A stretch of DNA of 64,000 nt from Polyangiales bacterium (GTDB lineage: Bacteria; Myxococcota_A; Polyangia; Polyangiales; Polyangiaceae). The stretch spans positions 288,806 through 352,805 of the forward strand of contig JBBRLQ010000006.1 of NCBI GenBank assembly GCA_038231275.1, in the 5' to 3' direction. Below are positions 36,641 to 50,110 of this stretch, piece by piece; position 1 is the stretch's first letter; each line of letters starts with the position of its first letter. The position numbers and the translations under genes were made by a program. The notes beneath the pieces are model-generated. The model had not been told where the DNA came from. It worked only from the letters and a program-made list of their open reading frames with translations, and did no database searches.

Positions 36641-38143
36641 TCAGCGCGCGACGGGGGCGGCGGCCTTTTCCGGAGGGTGCCAGCGAAGAATCGGCTTTCG
36701 CGCGGCGCGGGCTTCGTCGAGGCGAGCGAGCTGCGTCGACTCCGGCGCGTTCGTGATGAGCTGCGGCGACTCGTGCGCTTCCTTCGCGATGGCCTGCATC
36801 GCCAGGATGAACTGATCGAGCGTCTCCTTCGACTCCGTCTCGGTCGGCTCGATCATCATGGCGCCCGCGACGACGAGCGGGAAGTACACGGTCGGCGGGT
36901 GGAAGCCGTAGTCGATGAGGCGCTTCGCGATGTCGAGCGTCTTGATGCCCGTCTCCTTCTGGAGCTTCTTGTCGCTGATGATGACCTCGTGCATGCACGT
37001 CTGGTCGAACGCGACGGGGTACTCGGGGCCGATGCGCGCGCGCACGTAGTTCGCGTTCAAGACCGCGAGCTCGGTCGCGGACTTCAGCCCCGCCGGTCCC
37101 ATCTCGCGCAGGTACGCGTAGGCGCGCACCATCATCCCGAAGTTGCCGTAGAAGCTGCGCAGGCGCCCGACGCTCTTGGGGCGATCGAAATCGAGGATGT
37201 ACTCCTCCCCCTTCTTGCGCGGGACCGGCGACGGCTGGAACGGCTCGAGGTGCTTCTTGAACGCGACGGGTCCGCAGCCGGGGCCGCCGCCTCCGTGGGG
37301 CGTCGTGAACGTCTTGTGCAGGTTGAACTGCATGATGTCGACGCCGAGATCTCCCGGGCGCGCCTTGCCCATCAGCGCGTTCAGGTTCGCGCCGTCGCCG
37401 TACACGAGGCCGCCCTTCGCGTGGATCATCTCCGCGATCTGCGGGAGGTAACGCTCGAAGAGCCCGAGCGTGTTGGGATTCGTGATCATGATGCCGGCCG
37501 TGTCGGCGTCGATGAGTCCGGCGATCTGCTCGGGGTGGCAGATGCCGTCCGCGCCGCCCGGGAACGGGACGGCGGTGAGGCCGTTGATCGTGCACGACGC
37601 GGGGTTCGTGCCGTGCGCGGTGTCGGGGACGAGGACCTTCTTGGGCGAGCGCCCCTGATCCTGGTGGTACGCGCGCATCATCATGAGGCCCGTGAGCTCT
37701 CCCTGCGCGCCGGCGGCGGGCTGGAGGGACACGTGGTCCATGCCGACGATCTCGGCGAGGCCGCGCTCGAGGCGGACCATGAGCTCGATCGCGCCTTGCA
37801 TCATCTCGACGGGCGCGTACGGATGAAGGCGTGCGAAGCCCGGGAGCCGCGCGGCCCACTCGTTCACCTTCGGGTTGAACTTCATCGTGCACGAGCCGAG
37901 CGGATAAAACTGCGAGTCGATCGAGAAGTTCCACTGCGAGAGGCGGACGTAGTGACGAACCACCTCGGGCTCGCTCACCTCGGGGAATCCCGCCGCGGTC
38001 TTGCGCGACGCGCTGCCGAAGTGCTTCTTCGCGTCGATCGCCGGGACGTCGAGCGGCGCCAGGGACACCGCCGTCCGCCCCGGCGCGCCGCGCTCGAAGA
38101 TCGGCGGCTCTTTGAACTGGAATCCCCGTGCGAGCTCGTTCAT
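36641..38143 (-). CDS. gcvPB: Glycine dehydrogenase (decarboxylating) subunit 2
   Basis: YPLGSCTMK, QPAAGAQGE, AHGTNPAS, NLHKTFTTPHGGGGPG, MIEPTETE. Confidence 0.95.
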   Translation of the reverse strand: MNELARGFQFKEPPIFERGAPGRTAVSLAPLDVPAIDAKKHFGSASRKTAAGFPEVSEPEVVRHYVRLSQWNFSIDSQFYPLGSCTMKFNPKVNEWAARLPGFARLHPYAPVEMMQGAIELMVRLERGLAEIVGMDHVSLQPAAGAQGELTGLMMMRAYHQDQGRSPKKVLVPDTAHGTNPASCTINGLTAVPFPGGADGICHPEQIAGLIDADTAGIMITNPNTLGLFERYLPQIAEMIHAKGGLVYGDGANLNALMGKARPGDLGVDIMQFNLHKTFTTPHGGGGPGCGPVAFKKHLEPFQPSPVPRKKGEEYILDFDRPKSVGRLRSFYGNFGMMVRAYAYLREMGPAGLKSATELAVLNANYVRARIGPEYPVAFDQTCMHEVIISDKKLQKETGIKTLDIAKRLIDYGFHPPTVYFPLVVAGAMMIEPTETESKETLDQFILAMQAIAKEAHESPQLITNAPESTQLARLDEARAARKPILRWHPPEKAAAPVAR

Positions 38144-38144
38144 T

Positions 38145-38660
38145 TCAATCCCACTTGCCGGCGGCCGGGGGCGCGACGCCGCCGGTGTCACCGCTGATCG
38201 ACTTCAGGTCGGGGTTCATCCGGACCTGCTTCACGTTGTGCCAGTCGCTCCCGGCCTCGTCGTTGCCGAGGCCGAACTGCCCGTCCAGCTCGGCGATGTT
38301 CTCTTTGCCCATCTTGTAGATGAAGTAGCCCTTGCCCTCGCTGCGCGCGGCGGGGCCGACGAGGCCGATCTTGTGCTCCTTCCACGTGTAGTGGAGGACG
38401 TTGCCGGACTTGGTGCCGCTCATCTCGCCCCATGCGCTCTGGTCGGTGCGCTTCCAGCGGGCGACGACGTGGTCGCCCTCTTCCATCATGTGGAGGTAGC
38501 CGAAGACGGGGTGGTAGTAGACGCCGGCCCACGACTCGCCGGTGGGCATCTCGCCGGCCGGGATGTTCGCTGCCTTCACGCCCCCGCCGCCGTCGCCACA
38601 CGCGCCGACGCCGCCAAGGAGCGCAACCGCACAGACGAGCCCGTAGATGACTTTGCGCAT
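38145..38660 (-). CDS. Hypothetical lipoprotein (beta-barrel-like)
   Basis: Lipobox VGAC; WAGVY..FGYLHM. Confidence 0.75.
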   Translation of the reverse strand: MRKVIYGLVCAVALLGGVGACGDGGGGVKAANIPAGEMPTGESWAGVYYHPVFGYLHMMEEGDHVVARWKRTDQSAWGEMSGTKSGNVLHYTWKEHKIGLVGPAARSEGKGYFIYKMGKENIAELDGQFGLGNDEAGSDWHNVKQVRMNPDLKSISGDTGGVAPPAAGKWD

Positions 38661-38741
38661 GGGCGGGACTCTAGCAAAAAACCCGCGATTCCGCGCGCCG
38701 TGTTCGCCCCCAGTTCCTCGCGCCCGCGTACCGGCAGCTCT

Positions 38742-39323
38742 TCACTTTCGGGGGCAGCTCGTGCGCATTTCTGCTTCGATTTTCCGGGCTTCTACCTCGG
38801 TCGCAGGGGCGGGCGGGGCCGTGCCGCCGTCGACCGTCACGCGCCAGACGCCGTCGACGTCGCGCACCCAGACCGACTGGAAGTAGCCCGTGCGGAAGCG
38901 TTGCTTCGCGTCCGGGCGCAGATCTTCGAAGACGTACGGGCCGCGCGTGACGGCCATCGCGCCGTCGCCCGTCAATGCCACCGACGACGGGTGCCACGCG
39001 AGGCGGAGCTTCTGACCGTCCACGATCGGGCGCCACGACTCCACGATCGCGTCGCGGCCGCGCAGGTAGCTGCCGTCGCCTTCTACGAACACCGCCTTCG
39101 GGTGCACGTGAAGGGCGAACGCTTTCGCGTCGTGATCCGCGACGGACTTGGCGAACGACGCTTCGCGCGCCCACGCGGCGCACTCCGCATCGGCCTGCGA
39201 GAGAAGCGGCAAGCCGGGCGGCGCGGAGGTCACGTGCGGAGTCGTGGTCGCAGCGCCGCAGCCGACGAGCGCGAGGACAGCCACCACCAGGACGGGAGAG
39301 ACCGAGACCACCGATGCCTTCAT
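38742..39323 (-). CDS. NTF2-like/DUF4440 lipoprotein
   Basis: Lipobox LVGC; GRDAIVESW, SVWVRDVDGVWRVTVDGG. Confidence 0.8.
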   Translation of the reverse strand: MKASVVSVSPVLVVAVLALVGCGAATTTPHVTSAPPGLPLLSQADAECAAWAREASFAKSVADHDAKAFALHVHPKAVFVEGDGSYLRGRDAIVESWRPIVDGQKLRLAWHPSSVALTGDGAMAVTRGPYVFEDLRPDAKQRFRTGYFQSVWVRDVDGVWRVTVDGGTAPPAPATEVEARKIEAEMRTSCPRK

Positions 39324-39398
39324 TCGCGAGAGCGTATCGACGAACGAGCGTCGTGACGAAGGCCATCCCACCTGCCATGCTGCGCGTCGCCCGACTTC

Positions 39399-40280
39399 AT
39401 GATCCCGATCATCTATGCCGCGTGCGCGATCGTCTGGGGGACGACGTGGTTCGCCATCCGTCGGTGCATCGAGCCGGGTGGATACCCGCTCCTGGCGGGC
39501 GCGGCGCTGAGGTTCGCGATCGCGTCGGCGATCCTTCTGGGGGCATGGAAGCTCGGATGGGCGCGTCCTGGTCCGCGCGGCGGGCGACAGGTTCGTCTCC
39601 TCCTCGGCTGCGGCGCGCTCGGCGCCGTGAGCTACGCCCTCGTGTACATCGCGGAGCGCAGCATCTCCGGCGGGCTCGCGGCGATCATCTTCGGCACGTT
39701 CCCGCTGGTGACCGCGATCGTTGCGACGGTGATGCGCGTCGAGCGTGTGACGCGCGCCGCAGTCCTCGGCGCGCTCGTCTCGCTCGTGGGCATCGGCGTC
39801 GTGTTCGCGGATCGCCTCGACGTGTCGCGCGCGCAAGGCGTGGGCATCTTGCTCATGCTCGGTGCGGTCCTCGCGTCGGCGATCTACTCGACCATCATCA
39901 AGCGCATCGGCGACCACGTTCACCCCCTCGCCACGACCGGCTTCTTCGTCGGCGGCACCAGCGCGGTCCTGGCGGTCGGCGCGCTCGTGTTCGAGCGTGA
40001 GCCCCTCCCGTGGCCGCCGCCGGCCGGTCCGACGCTCGCCCTCCTCTACCTCGCGATCGTGGGCTCCGTGCTCGTGTTTGCCGGTTATTTCTACCTCATG
40101 AAGCGCGTGAGCCTCATGGCGCTCTCCACGATCGTCCTCATCGAGCCACTCATCGCGCTCGGCGTGGACGCGATGTGGGAGCGTGACGTCGTCCTCGGCG
40201 CGCGGAGCTACGCAGGGATGGGCGTCACCATGGTGGGCGTCGCGGTGAGTGTTCTCGTGCGCCCGCCAAAAGCAGCCTGA
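39399..40280 (+). CDS. EamA/DMT family transporter
   Basis: IVWGTTW, ALRF, LYLAIVGS; about 10 TM. Confidence 0.9.
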   Translation: MIPIIYAACAIVWGTTWFAIRRCIEPGGYPLLAGAALRFAIASAILLGAWKLGWARPGPRGGRQVRLLLGCGALGAVSYALVYIAERSISGGLAAIIFGTFPLVTAIVATVMRVERVTRAAVLGALVSLVGIGVVFADRLDVSRAQGVGILLMLGAVLASAIYSTIIKRIGDHVHPLATTGFFVGGTSAVLAVGALVFEREPLPWPPPAGPTLALLYLAIVGSVLVFAGYFYLMKRVSLMALSTIVLIEPLIALGVDAMWERDVVLGARSYAGMGVTMVGVAVSVLVRPPKAA

Positions 40281-40283
40281 TTT

Positions 40284-42671
40284 CTACTTGGGGCCCGACT
40301 GCGTGCAGTACCCGCCGATGCACGCGGCGGTCGCGTCGCAGCACTCGGAGGCCACGGTGCACTTGTCGCCGAGCTTCGCACAGCTCGCGTTGGGGATCGT
40401 GTTCGAGCACACGAGCCCGCCGGCGTCGCCGCCCGCCTCGCAGTAGCCGTTGCAGCACTGGTCGCCGCTCTGGCACGAGACGCCGTCGGCGCGGCAGGGG
40501 TCGAGCACCCAGAACGCGCGCGAGTTGCCGGCGAGGAGCTCCTGCGCCGGAAGGTAGAACGCGGGATGACTCGCGTCGGCGCCGGCGGCCGCGTTGAGGT
40601 CGATCGCCGCGACCCACAATTTTTTCGGTGTGATGTTCTGGATGAGGTCGACGCCGCGCGGATCGCTGCAATAGGGGGGGATGTTCGCCACCGAGCCGTA
40701 CATGCGGCGGCTCGTGAAGACGACCCACGCGTAGCCGCCGGAGCCGAGCGGGTTCACGGTGGGCTCGTAGTTCAGGTTCACGTCGTCGCCATGATCGGGG
40801 TTGACGTTGCCGACCTGCGCGCCGTCACCGGTGCACGACATGGCGATCGGCGTGGCCAGCTTGGGCAAGTAGACCGCGCCGGTTCCGTCTTTGCCGTTCA
40901 ATTGGTTCAGCGTGTTCACGTTGACGCCGCTGGCGGTCGTCCAGTGCACCTGCGATTTGGCGCCCTTGCGCGTGTTCATCGAGCCGCTGCCGTTGCCGTC
41001 GAGGCCGGCGGCGCTCTGGTGGTGGAACACGAGCGATTTCCCGTCCGGCAAGAACGCGGGCCAGCCCGGGCGCGTCTCGCCGGGCTGCCCCGTGTCGTCG
41101 ACGACCGGCACGAACGCGCTGAACGCGCCCGTCGCCGAATCGAACGCCATGACCCCGAGCTTCTGCGTCGGGTTCGTCGTCGGGCCCGCCATCGGGTTGA
41201 ACGCGACGAATTTCCCGTCCGGCGAGAACGCGGGCGTGCCGAGGTTCGTCGTCACCGCGGCGAGCCCGGAGACCGGCAGCGCCGCGGCGGCGTTCGGAAG
41301 CGGATAGAGCTGCCCGTTCGCCGAGAGGATCCGCGCGCCGTCGGGGGAGAGCGCGGGGAACGTCGCTCCGTTCGTCATGACGTTCTCGACGTTGACGCCG
41401 CTGGGGCTGAGATCGTACGCCGAGCTGACGCCGTAGTTGTCGCCATGCTGGACGACGAGGCGCGAGCCGCCGGCCGCGACCGAATGGCACACGCGGCAGC
41501 CGGTTTGATCGGCGGTGGTGGCACCGGCCGCGAGCTTGGGCGCCGTGTCGCCGACGTGAATGGAGAGGACCGCGCCGCCGAAGCGCCCGTTGCCGCCGAC
41601 CGCGCCGCCGAGGTTCTGCGCGAGCTGCGTGCCGTAGGAGTTGTAATAAATGATGCCGGGGAGGCGGCCCGTCGCGACCGTCCACGTCTCTTTGATCGGG
41701 CCGTACGCCTGGCCGCCGCGCGCGACGACGAGACCGACCGTGACCTGGTCGGCTCCGCCCGCCGAGTTGGTGGCCATGTCCCAGACGTCTTGCGGGATCG
41801 GGTGGCGGATGAATTTGCCGCCAGTCTGCGTCAGGATCGCGGGGCGCGCGAAGGTGCCGCTCCACGTGAAGGAGCCGCTCGTCGTGGACAGCGTGATCAA
41901 GATCGCGTCGGCGTCGCCCGTGGCCCAGTCCCATTGGAGGAGCGGAGCGAGCAGGCCGCGCGGCCACACGGTCTTGTCGTACGGGTAGATGTACTTGAGC
42001 GACGCGTCGGCGGTGGGGCTGCCGAGGATTCCGATCGTGCCCGGATCGACGACGCCGCCGAGGCCTTCGCCGCCGACTCCGCCGACACCGCCGCCGCCCG
42101 TGAGCTGAGGAGGCGTCGTCGCGACTTGTCCGCCCTCGCCGGCGGTCGCGCCGTTCTGCGACGCGGTGAGCTTCACCATCACCTGACGCTTCACGGTGAG
42201 GCCGGTGTAGCCCGCCGTGATCGTCGCCGTGCCGCCGACCTTGCCCGATGGGATGAACGTCCCTGTGCTCGACGGTCCCGCGGCGATGCCGCCGAGATCG
42301 CCGCGGTCGATGTTCCACCCGACCTTGACGGGACCGCCGGTCGTCAGCGACGTCGCGGTGTAGTCGACCGTCGGCGTCTGCGTTCCCGCGGTGACGGTGA
42401 TTGTCTGGAGCGCGCTCGGCTGAACGTCGAACCCCTGCGACGCGTCGCCGATGGCGGCGTCACCGGTCGCGGCGTCGAAGTCGAAGCCGCTGTCCGAGCA
42501 GAAGCCGCTGCACGCGCACGGATCGGTGCACCCGACGGTGCCGTCGGAGCCTCCCGCGTCTTGCTCCGTGAACGTCGACGGCGTCCCCGTCGACCCACAC
42601 GCCGAACCGAATCCACCTGCGATCACTCCGAGCAAGAGCACGGGGTGCCACGGTCGTAAATTTCCCAGCAT
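40284..42671 (-). CDS. Large myxobacterial lipoprotein with TolB/PD40-like repeats and Cys-rich C-terminus
   Basis: Lipobox GSAC; PAFSPDG, PAFLPDG, VFTSRR; CQSGDQCCNGYC and CTVASECC. Confidence 0.8.
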   Translation of the reverse strand: MLGNLRPWHPVLLLGVIAGGFGSACGSTGTPSTFTEQDAGGSDGTVGCTDPCACSGFCSDSGFDFDAATGDAAIGDASQGFDVQPSALQTITVTAGTQTPTVDYTATSLTTGGPVKVGWNIDRGDLGGIAAGPSSTGTFIPSGKVGGTATITAGYTGLTVKRQVMVKLTASQNGATAGEGGQVATTPPQLTGGGGVGGVGGEGLGGVVDPGTIGILGSPTADASLKYIYPYDKTVWPRGLLAPLLQWDWATGDADAILITLSTTSGSFTWSGTFARPAILTQTGGKFIRHPIPQDVWDMATNSAGGADQVTVGLVVARGGQAYGPIKETWTVATGRLPGIIYYNSYGTQLAQNLGGAVGGNGRFGGAVLSIHVGDTAPKLAAGATTADQTGCRVCHSVAAGGSRLVVQHGDNYGVSSAYDLSPSGVNVENVMTNGATFPALSPDGARILSANGQLYPLPNAAAALPVSGLAAVTTNLGTPAFSPDGKFVAFNPMAGPTTNPTQKLGVMAFDSATGAFSAFVPVVDDTGQPGETRPGWPAFLPDGKSLVFHHQSAAGLDGNGSGSMNTRKGAKSQVHWTTASGVNVNTLNQLNGKDGTGAVYLPKLATPIAMSCTGDGAQVGNVNPDHGDDVNLNYEPTVNPLGSGGYAWVVFTSRRMYGSVANIPPYCSDPRGVDLIQNITPKKLWVAAIDLNAAAGADASHPAFYLPAQELLAGNSRAFWVLDPCRADGVSCQSGDQCCNGYCEAGGDAGGLVCSNTIPNASCAKLGDKCTVASECCDATAACIGGYCTQSGPK

Positions 42672-42767
42672 GCACCGATCGTATGGGGTGCGGCGCACGC
42701 CGGCAACTCCTCGGACCGGTACGTCGATGTCGGTGGACGTCGTCCGAACGCGGGAATTTAGGACGAT

Positions 42768-45857
<3,090 letters not shown>

Positions 45858-46097
45858 TTAGCCGACGCAACGTAGTGCTACGCGTCGCCGATCGCAAACC
45901 TCGCGGCATCGCGAAGCATTCCCGACCTGCTCGAGCCTCCGCGTAACGTCACGCGAGGAGGCGCCGCACCGTCGCAGCTCCTTGGAATCGCACCGCTTCT
46001 CGCCGCTGCGGGCTTGGTGGCGACACCCGAATGGGGTCACCGGTTCGGGGGACACGGGCCCCTGAATGGTCCCAAGCCACTCGAGGTCAAACGCTCC

Positions 46098-47420
46098 ATG
46101 AAGAAGATCATCCTCCTCTCGCTCCTCTCGCTCTCGGCCTTCGCGTGTGGCTCGTCGGGAAGCGGCACCCCGGCCAACGGCGCGGATGGCGGCGGTGGCG
46201 ACGGCGGGTCTTGCTCGGTCGCGTCGACGGGCTCGATCGTCGTCAACGTGACCGGCCTCCCCGCTGGGGTCGACGGAAGCGTGACGATCACCGGCCCGGG
46301 CGGCGCGCAGAGCGTCACGGCGACCAAGACGATCGCCGGCGCGAAGAGCGGCGACTACACCGTGACGGCGGCCAACGTCGGCCAGGCCGATCCGATCGTC
46401 CGAAAGGCCTACAAGGCCGCCGTCGCCGTCGCGAGCGCGAAGCTGTGTGACGGGCAGAGCGTGACCGTGGACGTCTCGTACACGCTCATCCCGACGTCGA
46501 ACGCGATCTGGTGGGGCAGCAGCAACAGCGCGAGCGATACGCTCGGCTACGCGTCGGCCTCGCTCGCGGCGACCGGCTCTCCCGTCGCGACGATCGCCGC
46601 GACCACCGCAGGCGCGATCCCCGGCGCGTTCGACAAGAACGGCAATCTCTGGGTGCTCGACGGCACGGCGGGCGCGGTCGGCCTCAAGCGCTACACCGCC
46701 GCGAGCCTCGCCACCGGCGGCACCAAGACGCCCGATATCGTCGTCTCGAGCGACGCCCTCACCGGCGGCGTGCCCGGCCCCGCGTCGATCGCGTTCGACA
46801 TGAAGGGCAACCTCTGGATCGGCGTCATCTACTCGCAGAAGGTCGTCGAATTCGACGCGACGCAGATCGCAGCGACGGGCACCGTGACGCCGAAGGTCGA
46901 GATCTCGAACGTCTCCGGCGCCAACGCGCTCGCGTTCGACGTGAAGGGCAACCTCTGGGTCGGCGCCACCGACAACGTCGTCGAGTACGTGATCGATCGC
47001 CTCGGTGCATCGACGAGCGCGGCGCCCGACGTGACGATCACCGCGATGTCGCCGCAGCCGGTCGTCGCTCCGCTCACCAACGTCCTCGGCCTCGCGTTCA
47101 CGGCCGACGACAAGCTGTGGGTCAACTACGACGGCACGATCGCGCGCATCGACAACCTCGGGAACGGCGCGGTAACGCCGGCCATCCAGATCAAGGCCGA
47201 CGTGCTCTCGCTCCCGGCGGGCATCGCGCTCGACGAGGGCGGCGGGCTCTGGATGGCGTACGCCGCCGGTAAATTCTGCAAGTTCGGCGCGAGCCAGCTC
47301 GGCGCGTCGGGCAGCGTCGCGCCGGAGGTCATCGTCACGAGCTCCAGCGTCGGCTCCGCAACGTCGCCGGTCCTCTTCCCGGCGCCCGCGACGCTGCCGA
47401 TGTACTCCGCGCTGAACTGA
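46098..47420 (+). CDS. NHL/Vgb-like repeat beta-propeller lipoprotein
   Basis: Lipobox AFAC; repeated AFD..GNLW. Confidence 0.8.
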   Translation: MKKIILLSLLSLSAFACGSSGSGTPANGADGGGGDGGSCSVASTGSIVVNVTGLPAGVDGSVTITGPGGAQSVTATKTIAGAKSGDYTVTAANVGQADPIVRKAYKAAVAVASAKLCDGQSVTVDVSYTLIPTSNAIWWGSSNSASDTLGYASASLAATGSPVATIAATTAGAIPGAFDKNGNLWVLDGTAGAVGLKRYTAASLATGGTKTPDIVVSSDALTGGVPGPASIAFDMKGNLWIGVIYSQKVVEFDATQIAATGTVTPKVEISNVSGANALAFDVKGNLWVGATDNVVEYVIDRLGASTSAAPDVTITAMSPQPVVAPLTNVLGLAFTADDKLWVNYDGTIARIDNLGNGAVTPAIQIKADVLSLPAGIALDEGGGLWMAYAAGKFCKFGASQLGASGSVAPEVIVTSSSVGSATSPVLFPAPATLPMYSALN

Positions 47421-47429
47421 AGTAGCCCT

Positions 47430-49991
47430 TCAGCGCGGCGTCGTCCCGCCGCAAACGTTCGGCTTGCCGGTGCCGCCGCACGTCTGCGGCAAGACGCACG
47501 TGCCGCAGTCGATCTGGCCGCCGCACCCGTTGCCGGCGAGGCCGCAGTTGAAGCCCTGGTCGGCGCACGTGAGCGGCGAGCACTCGGTCCCGCACACGCC
47601 GGGTTTTCCGCCGCCGCCGCACGTTTGGCCGGCGGGGCACGGCCCGCAGTCGAGCGCGTTGCCGCAGCCGTCGCCCGCGGGGCCGCACTGGATGTGCTGC
47701 GCGGTGCAGGTCGTTGCGGTGCAAGTGCCCTTGCCGCACACGCCAGGGGCGCCGCCGCCGCCGCACGTCATCGGGAGCGTGCACGGACCGCAGTCGAGCG
47801 CGTGGCCGCAGCCATCGCCGGCCGGGCCGCACTTGATGCCCTGATCGAGGCACGTCCGTGCGAGGCACGTGGGGGCGCCGCACGTGCTGGGAATTCCACC
47901 GCCGCCGCAGGTCTGAGGCGGCGTGCACGGGCCGCAATCGAGGACGCCGCCGCAGCCGTCGGCAGCAGGGCCGCAGTGGACGTTTTGCGCCGCACACGTC
48001 GTCTTCGTGCACTTGGGCACGTCGGGCGTCACGCACGAGCCGAGATCGAAGAGCATGAACTCGAGGAGCTTCTCCTGGGCCGTCATCGCCCCGGCGCTGC
48101 ACTCCGCGGGGAACGTGCCGCCGCCCAACGCCTCTTCGACGTGGAAATCGTCGAACAGGACGCGACCGCACTGCTTGTCGCTCGCGGCGCCGACGGGCGT
48201 ATTGAACGTGTAGTGCGCGACGGCCGACGGGTTCGCGATCGACAGCCACGACTGCGACGGCGCGACGACTCCGCTGAGGTCTTTCCTGAGCGCGGTGAGC
48301 GGGATCTGTCCGTACGTGGTCGACGCGCCGACGTTCTTCAGCCACTGGGCGAGCGTCGCGCCCTTCGGGAAGCTCGTGTCGACGGTGCCGATCTGATCGA
48401 TGGGCTCGGGGCCGTCGACGGTCCAGTTCGCGGTGCTGCTGAACGGCGCGTCGTCGTAGAGCCAGATGTAGCTGTAGTGCGTCGCGAAGACGCGGCCGCC
48501 GGCGTTCGCGTACGCGATCATGTTCCCCTGCGTCGCCGTCGTCTGGTCGTAGCGGCTGCCCTGGCAGGGGAAGAGGACCATGTCGTACTTGTTCAGGGTC
48601 GTCTTGCTGCCCCACAGCTGACTCTCGTCGGTCGTGGACCCGCCGGCGTTCGCGCCAGGGCTGCCCGTGCCCGCGTAGATGTGGATGCGCCCAGCGCCGC
48701 TCGCCGACGTGAACTCCGAGTCGTCGACGCCGATCTTGCGGAGCACGCACTCGAGCGAGTCGAGCGAGCCGGTCGCGAACGCCATGTGCGGGATGTCCCC
48801 TTCGGCCTTCGTTCGGGGAAGTCGCGTGAGCGCGACGGTCTGCGGGTTGTCGACGCAGCGGCCGACGTTCGGGATCTTCACCTGGCGGCGCCAGCGCCCG
48901 GTCTGGATGACCAGCGGGATGTTCGCGCCAACCGGCGCATTCCTCAGGATGAACTTTCCGTCGGGCCCCGTCGTCGCGGTGATCAACGGAGAGCCGGTGA
49001 CGTCGGTGGCGCAGTTGTCACACGACACGCCGGGCGTGAAGGCCGACACCGGCGCGTTGGGCACGTAAACCAGCACGTTGGGGAGCGGGTCGACGCCGTT
49101 CGGCGCGTACACGATCCCGCTGATCGTCGTCGTGATGATGACCGTGGGGCACGTGACCTGCTGCAAGCAAAGGCCCGTGCACGTCGGCGGGATGCCGCAG
49201 GTGCTGAGCGTCTGGCCGCCGCACGTCTCCGGCTGCGAGCACGAGGGGCAGCGGATGAGGCCGCCGCATCCGTCGGCGATCGGACCGCACGCCTTGGGGC
49301 CCAGCGCTGCGCAGGTCTTCGGCGTGCACACCGGCGCGCCGCACACGCTCGGGGAGCCGCCGCCGCCACATGCCTTCGGCGAGATGCACGTGCCGCAACT
49401 GAGCGAGGCGCCGCAGCCGTCGCCGGCCGGACCGCAGTCGAAGCCCTGATCGCCGCACGACTTGGGCGCGCAAATTTGTCCGTGGCCGCAGACGCCGCCC
49501 TTGCCGCCGCCGCCGCAAATGTCCACGCCGCTGCACGCGCCGCAATTGAGCTGGCCGCCGCAGCCGTCACCGGCGGGGCCGCAGTTGAAGCCGAGATCGC
49601 CGCACGTCTTCGGAGTGCAGGGGGGGACGCCACACTGGCTCGGCGCGCCGCCGCCGCCGCACGATCCGGACGTGCACGTTCCGCAGTCGAGGAGTCCGCC
49701 GCAGCCGTCGCCGATGGGCCCGCACGTCGCGCTCGATTTCGCGCACGTGGTCTCGCCCTGGCACTTGTTTCCGACGACGCCCGCGTCGGGCGGGATGAAG
49801 TCGGGACCGCCGTCCACGGACGCGTCCTTCGGCGGCTCGACGTAGCCGCCCTCCGCGCTGCCATCGACCGGATTGGGCTCGAATGTGGCGGTGAAGCCAG
49901 GCCCCTGCTTCGCGGTGTTGCACGCCGAAGCCGACGAGACGATCACGACCGCCGCGGACGCGACGAACAACCAACCGCGGATCGAGATCAT
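47430..49991 (-). CDS. Cys-rich repeat surface lipoprotein with carboxypeptidase-regulatory-like domain
   Basis: Lipobox ASAC; 4+4 repeats of about 48 aa with 8 Cys each around a central domain (ISGIVYAP..PLPNVLVYVP). Confidence 0.85.
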   Translation of the reverse strand: MISIRGWLFVASAAVVIVSSASACNTAKQGPGFTATFEPNPVDGSAEGGYVEPPKDASVDGGPDFIPPDAGVVGNKCQGETTCAKSSATCGPIGDGCGGLLDCGTCTSGSCGGGGAPSQCGVPPCTPKTCGDLGFNCGPAGDGCGGQLNCGACSGVDICGGGGKGGVCGHGQICAPKSCGDQGFDCGPAGDGCGASLSCGTCISPKACGGGGSPSVCGAPVCTPKTCAALGPKACGPIADGCGGLIRCPSCSQPETCGGQTLSTCGIPPTCTGLCLQQVTCPTVIITTTISGIVYAPNGVDPLPNVLVYVPNAPVSAFTPGVSCDNCATDVTGSPLITATTGPDGKFILRNAPVGANIPLVIQTGRWRRQVKIPNVGRCVDNPQTVALTRLPRTKAEGDIPHMAFATGSLDSLECVLRKIGVDDSEFTSASGAGRIHIYAGTGSPGANAGGSTTDESQLWGSKTTLNKYDMVLFPCQGSRYDQTTATQGNMIAYANAGGRVFATHYSYIWLYDDAPFSSTANWTVDGPEPIDQIGTVDTSFPKGATLAQWLKNVGASTTYGQIPLTALRKDLSGVVAPSQSWLSIANPSAVAHYTFNTPVGAASDKQCGRVLFDDFHVEEALGGGTFPAECSAGAMTAQEKLLEFMLFDLGSCVTPDVPKCTKTTCAAQNVHCGPAADGCGGVLDCGPCTPPQTCGGGGIPSTCGAPTCLARTCLDQGIKCGPAGDGCGHALDCGPCTLPMTCGGGGAPGVCGKGTCTATTCTAQHIQCGPAGDGCGNALDCGPCPAGQTCGGGGKPGVCGTECSPLTCADQGFNCGLAGNGCGGQIDCGTCVLPQTCGGTGKPNVCGGTTPR

Positions 49992-50110
49992 GGGGCCCCC
50001 CTCGTACGAGGGCGGTCACGAATTCTTCCCCCCGACCGAGGTACCCGCTCCCGCGCACGCCTCATCGATCCTTTCGAGGCGCCGGTCAAGCAAGAACGTC
50101 TGCGGTCGGC

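Noticed and set aside
47430-49800. Periodic DNA repeats resembling an array
   Set aside because: They are degenerate coding repeats of a Cys-rich protein, with no identical repeats, spacers or cas genes; not CRISPR
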